Source: an uncultured Candidatus Saccharibacteria bacterium (GTDB lineage Bacteria; Patescibacteriota; Minisyncoccia; UBA6257; JAUSGH01). From it: a stretch of 64,000 nt of DNA. The notes under the pieces are model-generated. The model was given only the letters and a program-made list of their open reading frames with translations, searched no databases and was not told the DNA's origin. Below are positions 57,207 through 64,000 of the stretch, piece after piece (within the stretch, counting starts at the first letter, position 1; each line of letters starts with the position of its first letter). The translations under genes and the position numbers were made by a program. Location: assembly GCA_964360025.1 (NCBI GenBank), contig CAYHUD010000001.1:3922-67921 (forward strand), given 5' to 3'.

Positions 57207-57866
57207 ATGCCACAACAAAAAGAAGCTCGGCCGACGCAAGAATTTGTAGAAATTGATCGCGCGGAACAAGGTGTGCTTGTTTTAAAAAACGGCTCTTTGC
57301 GCCAAATACTTTTAGTATCCGGGGTTAATTTTGATCTGAAATCCGAGGAAGAACAGCAGATGATTATTTCCTCGTATCAGGCGATGCTTAATTCCCTGCG
57401 CTTTTCCCTGCAAATTTTCGTCCATTCCCGAAAAATCAACATAGAATCGTATTTGGCAAAATTGGAAGCGCGCCTCGCGGAAGAAACGAGCGAGCTTCTA
57501 AAAAACCAGATTACGGAATATATGGAGTTTATCCGCTCTTTCGTAGGACAAAATCCCATCATGACGAAGTCGTTTTTCGTAGTTGTGCCCTTTGATCCCA
57601 TCGTCATACCTGGATCAGAAACAAAAACCGGAAAAAGATTATTTGGTCTTTTTAGAAAATCCTCCGCAGAGGGAAATACCGAAGCAAAACAGCATGAACT
57701 CCAGGAAAATATGCGCCAGCTTTCGCAAAGAGTGTCGCAAGTCGTTGCCGCGATATCGCAAATCGGCCTGCGGGCCGTCCCCCTGCAGAACGAAGAGGTG
57801 ATTGAGCTGTTTTATAATCTTTACAATCCCGAAGCGCAGGAGAAAAAAAGTCTGCCAACCGCATAA
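57207..57866 (+). CDS. VirB4-family N-terminal domain encoded as a separate ORF
   Basis: LVLKNGSLRQILLVSGVNFDLKSEEEQQMIISSYQAMLNSLRFSLQIFV parallels VirB4 N-termini. Confidence 0.5.
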   Translation: MPQQKEARPTQEFVEIDRAEQGVLVLKNGSLRQILLVSGVNFDLKSEEEQQMIISSYQAMLNSLRFSLQIFVHSRKINIESYLAKLEARLAEETSELLKNQITEYMEFIRSFVGQNPIMTKSFFVVVPFDPIVIPGSETKTGKRLFGLFRKSSAEGNTEAKQHELQENMRQLSQRVSQVVAAISQIGLRAVPLQNEEVIELFYNLYNPEAQEKKSLPTA

Positions 57867-57873
57867 TAATAAA

Positions 57874-59589
57874 ATGGAAAAAGAACTGGAAAATTTAATA
57901 GCGCCTCCGGCCGTAGAAATCAATTCTGACTATTTGAAAGTCGGTAATAAATTTACGCGTTCTTTATTCCTTTTCACCTATCCGCGCTATCTTTCAACCG
58001 GCTGGTTTTCTCCCGTGATCAATATGCCCGAGCTTTTGGATATCTCCATCTTTATCCACCCCGTTGATACCGCTCTGGCGCTTAAGAATTTGAGAAAGAA
58101 GGTAACGCAACTGCAGTCGCAGATCAATGAATCCGCTGAAAAGGGTCTGGTCCGGAATCCCGTTTTAGAAACCGCCTTTCAGGACATTGAAAAACTCCGC
58201 GATGATCTCCAAAGATCGCAGGAAAACCTTTTCAATGTTGGTGTCTACATGACCCTTTACGCCGACTCCGTGGACGAACTGAATAAACTTGCCTCCAAGA
58301 TTACAAACTTTCTTGAAGGACGCCTTGTCTATACGAAACCGGCGGCTTTCCAACAGGTAGAGGGTTGGTCTTCCACGCTCCCTATCGGTACGGACAAGCT
58401 TACCATCCAGACTCCGCTCAATACTTCCCCCATCTCCTCGTTTTTCCCGTTCATTTCAGCAAATCTTACCTCGGAAGAAGGTATTCTATACGGCATCAAT
58501 ACGGCTAATAACACCTTAATCATTTTTGACCGCTTCTCGCTGGAGAATGCCAATATGGTCGTTTTCGCTAAATCCGGCGCGGGAAAATCATATTTTACCA
58601 AGCTGGAGGCCCTGCGACTTTTAATGTTGGGGACTGATGTGATGATTATTGACCCGGAAAACGAATATGAGAATCTTGCGAATACTGTGGGCGGCAGTTT
58701 CTTTAAGATCTCTCTGGCATCAGAGCATCGCATCAACCCGATGGATATTCCGGTTATTCCCCAAGACGAAGACCCGTCTGATGCCTTAAAATCGCATTTC
58801 GCTAATCTTTCCGGACTGCTGAAGCTGATGATGGGCGGATCTGACCCGCAGAAAGGCGGGATCACACCGGAAGAAGACGCTATTCTAGACCGAGCCATCT
58901 CGGAAACATACGCCGCGCGCGACATTTTGCCCGGCAAAGACTTCTCGGGCATAGAAGCGCCTCTACTTGAAGATTTGGAAGTGGTTCTGCGGGGGATTGA
59001 AGGGGGAACAGGACTTGCGGAACGGCTCTACAAATTTACTAAAGGCAACTATTCCGGTTTTACCAACCAGAAGACAAACGTAGATGTTAAAAATCGTCTT
59101 TTGGTTTTCTCTATCCGCGATCTGGAAGAAGAACTGCGCCCGATAGCCATTTATATAATTTTAAACTTCATCTGGAACATTATCAGGGCGGAGTTAAAAC
59201 GGCGCGTCGTGATGATTGACGAGGCCTGGTGGATGATGAAAAATCCCGACAGCGCCCTTTTCCTTTTCGGACTTGTCAAACGCGCCCGCAAATACTATCT
59301 GGGAGTTACAACCATCACACAGGACGTAGAGGACTTCCTGCTCTCGCCCTACGGACGACCGATTATTACCAATTCGTCCCTGCAACTACTCCTAAAACAA
59401 GCTCCGGCAATGATTGACCTCATCACCAAAACCTTTAACCTCTCCGAAGGCGAGAAAAATTATCTTCTGGAGGTTCCTGTGGGGCAAGGACTTTTCATTG
59501 CCGGCCTCCAACATGCCGCTATTCAAATAGTAGCTTCATATCTTGAGGATCAGATTGTGACCACGAAGCCGCAGGAGATAGCAGGATAG
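57874..59589 (+). CDS. VirB4/TrbE-family type IV secretion ATPase (ATPase portion)
   Basis: Walker A AKSGAGKSYF, Walker B VVMIDEAWWMM. Confidence 0.8.
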   Translation: MEKELENLIAPPAVEINSDYLKVGNKFTRSLFLFTYPRYLSTGWFSPVINMPELLDISIFIHPVDTALALKNLRKKVTQLQSQINESAEKGLVRNPVLETAFQDIEKLRDDLQRSQENLFNVGVYMTLYADSVDELNKLASKITNFLEGRLVYTKPAAFQQVEGWSSTLPIGTDKLTIQTPLNTSPISSFFPFISANLTSEEGILYGINTANNTLIIFDRFSLENANMVVFAKSGAGKSYFTKLEALRLLMLGTDVMIIDPENEYENLANTVGGSFFKISLASEHRINPMDIPVIPQDEDPSDALKSHFANLSGLLKLMMGGSDPQKGGITPEEDAILDRAISETYAARDILPGKDFSGIEAPLLEDLEVVLRGIEGGTGLAERLYKFTKGNYSGFTNQKTNVDVKNRLLVFSIRDLEEELRPIAIYIILNFIWNIIRAELKRRVVMIDEAWWMMKNPDSALFLFGLVKRARKYYLGVTTITQDVEDFLLSPYGRPIITNSSLQLLLKQAPAMIDLITKTFNLSEGEKNYLLEVPVGQGLFIAGLQHAAIQIVASYLEDQIVTTKPQEIAG

Positions 59590-59618
59590 GGTTTAGAAGA
59601 TAGGTTATCATCTTATTT

Positions 59619-60026
59619 ATGGAAAATGGGCCGAAAATTACTGGCGTAGAGGCGTTTCTGCTCCTCGTTTTTGTGGGTTTTTTGGATTTAATAGGAGTTT
59701 TGTTATTGCTTATAGGTCTGGACGACTTCTTTCTTCTGGATTCCGGAACAGCCGCGACTCAGTTTTATCTCCGCCGCAAGGGGGTAAAAGCGACCTATGA
59801 CCTCGCCATGGGGCTCGTAGAAATGATTCCCTATGTCGGCGCGCTTCCGCTTAAAACTATTGGTGTTATTATGGTTATATGGGCCGATTGGCGGGGGAGT
59901 GAATCGCGGGCTGAATCAGCCGCGGAAGAACTGCAATACATAACGAAGCCGGAGACGGCACTGACATCGTTTGAATATACGCCACGTGGGTCCGGGAAGA
60001 TTGATAACAGCAAAAAAGCGGCTTAA
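59619..60026 (+). CDS. small membrane protein (2 TM)
   Basis: ORF in cluster. Confidence 0.45.
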   Translation: MENGPKITGVEAFLLLVFVGFLDLIGVLLLLIGLDDFFLLDSGTAATQFYLRRKGVKATYDLAMGLVEMIPYVGALPLKTIGVIMVIWADWRGSESRAESAAEELQYITKPETALTSFEYTPRGSGKIDNSKKAA

Positions 60027-60031
60027 GCTAT

Positions 60032-60715
60032 ATGAAAAATTATTTTTTAAAATTAAGTTTGTTTATAACGCTTTTTTCGCTTTTGACAACCGTCGTCGTC
60101 CACGCCCAGGCAAACGGGGCCAAATTCTTTGTTTCCTGGCGTTCAGAAAACTATGTTCCCGGATGGTATGCCGGGAAAATACTGCCATCTCCGGGCAGTT
60201 CGGTGATAATCGGTTTTGAATTGATTGAGGGGGACAAGGCGGTAAATATCACACAAAACGAGATACGATGGTTCGCAAACGATGTCCTATTCCAGAAAGG
60301 GTTCGGTCTAAAAACAGTGAAATACGCCATCCCCACCACGCGCACATCTAACTCCCAAAAGATAAAGATAGTCGTCGGCGGCTATAAGGGCGCTGATATT
60401 TCCAAATTTATTGATATTCCGGTTGCCAGTGCGGAGGTAGTCGTGCCGGTTCCCTATGTGGGCGGCGCCCTCTCTCCCGGAAAACACACCCTGAGTTCAC
60501 TGCTCTACTTCTGGAATATAAGGGAGTTATTCGCAACTTTGCTAGAATGGTCTTATAACGGCACAGAAATCTCTTCCGCGGGAAATAATAATTCTCTGGA
60601 AATAGAAGTTCCTGCCACGGCGAGCGGTGGCACCCTGCGATTAAGCGTCCAAGCGACAAAAATAGGGGACGAAGCAACTTTTGCCAAAAATAACGCGGTG
60701 TTATTGATTAAATAA
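60032..60715 (+). CDS. secreted hypothetical protein
   Basis: signal peptide MKNYFLKLSLFITLFSLLTTVVVHA. Confidence 0.5.
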   Translation: MKNYFLKLSLFITLFSLLTTVVVHAQANGAKFFVSWRSENYVPGWYAGKILPSPGSSVIIGFELIEGDKAVNITQNEIRWFANDVLFQKGFGLKTVKYAIPTTRTSNSQKIKIVVGGYKGADISKFIDIPVASAEVVVPVPYVGGALSPGKHTLSSLLYFWNIRELFATLLEWSYNGTEISSAGNNNSLEIEVPATASGGTLRLSVQATKIGDEATFAKNNAVLLIK

Positions 60716-60717
60716 TT

Positions 60718-61341
60718 ATGCAGAATTTATTTTCTAACATACTACCTATAGCGCGCGCTCAAGTCTCTACCGAGCTGGTCCGGGGGGTAAATACTTTTTA
60801 TGAATGGAGTATTATGATCGCGGGAATCCTCGCCTTCGGGCTAATTGTCGTCGGCGGAATACAATATATCGTAAGCGCCGGTAATCCCGGATCGCAATCT
60901 GATGCCAAAGACCGCATTATCCAAGCTGTTACCGGCCTCGTCCTGCTCCTATCCGGAGTTTTTATACTTTCCACGGTTAACCCGCGGCTGACTAATATTC
61001 CCACCATCAGTTCATCTCCGCAACAAGAACCCCAAAAAATATTAAACCCTCTGGATGCTAATCAAGAAGAAAGGGAGGCGTTTTATAGAGAAAAAATTAA
61101 AAACAATGAGACCTACAGAGCCAGTTTAAGATTTACCATCAAAGATAAAATCATGAAGCTTGCGCCAAGCGAGAAAACCGCCGTTTTAAACGCCTATCAG
61201 ACGCTTGTGGAGGATGCAATCAGCGATACACAGATAAAATCTTTTTTAATGAGATCTCCTCTTAATTTCAGAGAGGATGAGGTGGTTTATTTTATGGGTT
61301 TATCGTCTAAAGAAAGATTTGAATTATTACAAGGAAAATGA
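60718..61341 (+). CDS. VirB2/TrbC pilin-like membrane protein candidate
   Basis: N-terminal leader, two hydrophobic helices separated by short polar loop. Confidence 0.35.
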   Translation: MQNLFSNILPIARAQVSTELVRGVNTFYEWSIMIAGILAFGLIVVGGIQYIVSAGNPGSQSDAKDRIIQAVTGLVLLLSGVFILSTVNPRLTNIPTISSSPQQEPQKILNPLDANQEEREAFYREKIKNNETYRASLRFTIKDKIMKLAPSEKTAVLNAYQTLVEDAISDTQIKSFLMRSPLNFREDEVVYFMGLSSKERFELLQGK

Positions 61342-62441
61342 AAAGTATCTTGAAAATTTTAGGCGTCCTATCGGTCTTAGCTATTATAGGCGCGAGCGGT
61401 TATTTTATCTACAAGGCATTTTTTACAGCTCCGGCGACTACTACCATAGCAAAACCCGAAACCATAGACCAAAAAAAAGCTGAGTTGGGGGTTAGATCGC
61501 CCGATCTAAACGTCTTCAGTAAAAACAAAGCCCTATCCTACTGGATTGACGAAAAGACGGGCGCCATTTACTACGCCGATCCTACGGGAACAATCTTTAA
61601 ACTATTCGGCGCCGAAAGAGAAGAGGAGATTAGCACGCAAAGCCTGCCCGACTTCCACTCCCTGACACCTTCGCCTGACGGCACTAAGGCGCTTGCCGAA
61701 TTTGGTTATCCTTTTGAACCGGTTTTTGCCGTATTTAACACTGAAAATAATAGCTGGGAAAGATTGCCGCAGGGGACGATTGCTGCCGATTTTGACCCAA
61801 CATCAAAACAAATAGCTTTTGTCACGAACGGAACGTCAGGATCACTCAAAATATTAAACCTTGCTGATAAAAAATCAGTAACTATCACCGCCGTCCCCGC
61901 GGGAGATCTGATTCTATCTTGGATAAAGAGCGATAAAATATACCTGCAGTCAAAACCGACATCTGCCTCCTCTCTAGAGACGTGGTCCGCTGACCCTGTC
62001 AAAAAAACTTTAAAGAAATTGGATATTTTGGGGTCTGCTTTGGATACGATTATGCTTAGGTGGTTCAAAAAATCGGGATTAGGATTAAGATTAAGCGCGC
62101 CTACGGTCAACACAACCAATCTTTCCCTGGTTCATGTGGCTGGAGCAGAGCTCTTAGGCCTCCCATTTAAAACACTCCCCGATAAATGCGCTTTCGCCAA
62201 TGCTGATCTGCTTTATTGCGCCGTTCCCAACAATCTCCCTGCGCGCGCCAACCTGCCCGACGATTATTTCCAGAAAAAGATTTTTACCACCGACTCCATA
62301 ATTTCATATAATTTGGAGACTCTGGAAGAAAGGGTGTTGTTTAGCGGAGAAGTGGACGCCACAGAGCTTAATATTCTCGGCAATCAGTTATTTTTCATCA
62401 ATAGATATGATGAAAAAATATATTCGCTAAAAATAAATTAG
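61338..62441 (+). CDS. membrane-anchored hypothetical protein with periplasmic beta-rich domain
   Basis: ATGA overlap with upstream gene; N-terminal TM. Confidence 0.5.
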   Translation: MKSILKILGVLSVLAIIGASGYFIYKAFFTAPATTTIAKPETIDQKKAELGVRSPDLNVFSKNKALSYWIDEKTGAIYYADPTGTIFKLFGAEREEEISTQSLPDFHSLTPSPDGTKALAEFGYPFEPVFAVFNTENNSWERLPQGTIAADFDPTSKQIAFVTNGTSGSLKILNLADKKSVTITAVPAGDLILSWIKSDKIYLQSKPTSASSLETWSADPVKKTLKKLDILGSALDTIMLRWFKKSGLGLRLSAPTVNTTNLSLVHVAGAELLGLPFKTLPDKCAFANADLLYCAVPNNLPARANLPDDYFQKKIFTTDSIISYNLETLEERVLFSGEVDATELNILGNQLFFINRYDEKIYSLKIN

Positions 62442-62454
62442 TGAGATGGGGATA

Positions 62455-62490
62455 AAAAAATCACTCCGATGACTGTCGGAGTGGTTTTTT
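62455..62490 (+). terminator. bidirectional rho-independent terminator (cactccgatgactgtcggagtggttttttt)
   Basis: hairpin + T-run between convergent genes. Confidence 0.7.
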
Positions 62491-62495
62491 TATGT

Positions 62496-62975
62496 TTAAA
62501 TGGGCTTTACGATGACGTAACGCGTGGGTCCTGATCCAACACTCTCCGTCTTAACATCGGGCCGCGTAGAGAGTTCTGTGTGCACCAAACGCCTTTCATA
62601 AGCATTCATCGCCGGCAAAGACACCTCTGCTTTACTTAAAAGCGCTTTTTTAGCGGCGGCTTTGGCGATTTCCACAATAAGGCGCTCTCTTTCTTTCCGA
62701 TAATTGTTAACATCAACAAAAATGTATTCGGCGCCCTCTTTTCTGGACGATAAGCGTAAAATTACCTCTAGATCAGAAACGATTTTGGGCACCCAGGGCT
62801 TAATCCATTCGTCTTCGTTGATGAAAATCCTAATCCGACGGCCTTCGGGCTCGGCCTCAACACTCACGTCGGAAAAACCCATCAATTCCAGCATTTTTTT
62901 AGTTGTTTCAATGATTTTCTCCATCCCGTTAGAGATGTCTGCCGCATTAATAGTTTGCTTTGCTATGTTTTCCAT
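62496..62975 (-). CDS. jag: Jag/KhpB-like RNA-binding protein (KH + R3H)
   Basis: C-terminal R3H (ERRLVHTELS) and position downstream of yidC. Confidence 0.7.
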   Translation of the reverse strand: MENIAKQTINAADISNGMEKIIETTKKMLELMGFSDVSVEAEPEGRRIRIFINEDEWIKPWVPKIVSDLEVILRLSSRKEGAEYIFVDVNNYRKERERLIVEIAKAAAKKALLSKAEVSLPAMNAYERRLVHTELSTRPDVKTESVGSGPTRYVIVKPI

Positions 62976-63010
62976 ATTTTTAATATTTAGAATTTGTTTG
63001 ATAGATATCT

Positions 63011-63718
63011 CTAACGGGATCCATTAGTGTTGGGTAAATTTAACTGCTTATTAATAATCCTCTGCTGTAATACGGAAAACGCAGACGATGTCATCCAATA
63101 AACACCTACCGCCGCCGGCAAACTCCATAAAATAACCAGGGTAAGGACGGGGCCGATATAAGACATCTTCTTTGCGATACGGGACTGATCTGTCTCCTCG
63201 CCGGGAAGCGTATGCGGAAGACTTAAGACGCTTTGATAGTACTGAAAAAGGGCTGCTAAAACCACAATCACTATACTCTTTTCCTGGAGATCAATCAAGC
63301 CCAGGGAGATTGTATTTAAATGTCCCGGATTGGAGATAAATGAATAAAGAACGTCCAGAGTGCCATCCGTAAATCCGCTCATAAATACTTTATAGAGGGC
63401 GATAAGTATCGGCAATTGGACCAGAATCAATAAAAATCCGGAAAACGGATTAACTTTATGGTTTTTATAGAGCTCCATCAAAGCGTGGGCCTGTTTTTCT
63501 TTGTCATCTTTATGAACATGTTGGATTCTTGCCACCTCCGGCTGTATTTTTTGCATAATGGTCTGCTGTTTGAAGCTTTTATAGAAAAGCGGGTAAAAAA
63601 TCAGACGAATAACTATGGTCAATAAAACAATGGCGATGCCGAGGTCGCTAAAAGTAACCGTGTTATATAAAGAGATAAGGATATTGAATAAGGGAATATA
63701 AAGCAGTGTTTGGAACAT
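63011..63718 (-). CDS. yidC: YidC/Oxa1-family membrane protein insertase (short form)
   Basis: 5 TM pattern, rnpA-yidC-jag order. Confidence 0.8.
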   Translation of the reverse strand: MFQTLLYIPLFNILISLYNTVTFSDLGIAIVLLTIVIRLIFYPLFYKSFKQQTIMQKIQPEVARIQHVHKDDKEKQAHALMELYKNHKVNPFSGFLLILVQLPILIALYKVFMSGFTDGTLDVLYSFISNPGHLNTISLGLIDLQEKSIVIVVLAALFQYYQSVLSLPHTLPGEETDQSRIAKKMSYIGPVLTLVILWSLPAAVGVYWMTSSAFSVLQQRIINKQLNLPNTNGSR

Positions 63719-63727
63719 AAATGGGGT

Positions 63728-63970
63728 TTAAGGTTTGGGGTTTAAAAAGGTAATTTCAAGCTCGCGCAGTAACTGCTCCTTGTCGATTTTGGCAGCAGCG
63801 GGATAAACAATAAAAATATAATCATAAAGGGGTATTTCCGTCAGTTTTGCGCTTAAAAATCCAAAAATGATCCTTTTTATGTGATTTCTGACCACAGAAC
63901 GCTTATCTACTTTTGTAGATACTATAACACTAAAACGAGGATTGGTCCCTGTGGATGTGAAAATTTTCAA
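63728..63970 (-). CDS. rnpA: ribonuclease P protein component (may extend beyond listed start)
   Basis: FSVIVSTKVDKRSVVRNHIKRI motif; adjacent to yidC. Confidence 0.7.
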   Translation of the reverse strand: MKIFTSTGTNPRFSVIVSTKVDKRSVVRNHIKRIIFGFLSAKLTEIPLYDYIFIVYPAAAKIDKEQLLRELEITFLNPKP

Positions 63971-64000
63971 GGAAAAATAAGCGTTTTTAACGTTTTTAAC

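Overview
This 64 kb chromosomal window comes from a bacterium of roughly 45-50% GC with a compact gene layout. Many tRNAs lack an encoded CCA. Gene content (K+/H+-pyrophosphatase hppA, a single Xer-type recombinase, short IF-2 and ValRS, a type IV secretion-like cluster) fits a small-genome, possibly CPR/Patescibacteria-type organism, but that is inference only.

Housekeeping genes I read directly from motifs: ftsH, nusA, hppA, tig, clpP, tyrS, infB, rbfA, ddl, valS, tsaD, recG, a uvrD/pcrA-like helicase, rsmA (ksgA), and a P-type ATPase. The window ends with jag-yidC-rnpA (the oriC-proximal operon) on the minus strand. I call 13 tRNA genes.

The striking feature is a dense repertoire of short palindromic repeat families:
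- Family A is modular ('gagattcttcgcg...gctcagaatgaca' and its mirror 'tgtcatcctgag...gaaggatctc', often carrying the nested palindrome 'gcctgcctgccggcaggcaggc'). It forms five multi-copy arrays and sits in frame inside valS and tsaD.
- Family B is a 38-bp perfect palindrome 'tgtccactatctcgtcccatgggacgagatagtggaca' found at six or more loci; two copies flank a winged-helix/Cas2-like gene.
- Family C is a twin-hairpin motif found three times, each just after a terminator.
- Family D ('ccccgttagaag...cttctaacgggg') occurs once intergenic and once in frame inside rsmA with an apparent ATGAAT target-site duplication.

Several patches are visibly GC-rich with G/C-ending codons in a lower-GC background, which suggests foreign origin. 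The clearest is a two-gene island (43292-45398) bracketed by family A arrays and a GIY-YIG nuclease gene and driven by perfect consensus promoters. An AT-rich island sits next to tRNA-Ser and encodes a C39-like cysteine peptidase. An 11-gene cluster at 50.8-62.4 kb encodes type IV secretion-like components (VirB4 split into two ORFs, VirB6/TrbL-like, PrgI/VirB3-like, pilin-like). A roughly 700-bp repeat-dense non-coding region lies at 10.26-10.99 kb.
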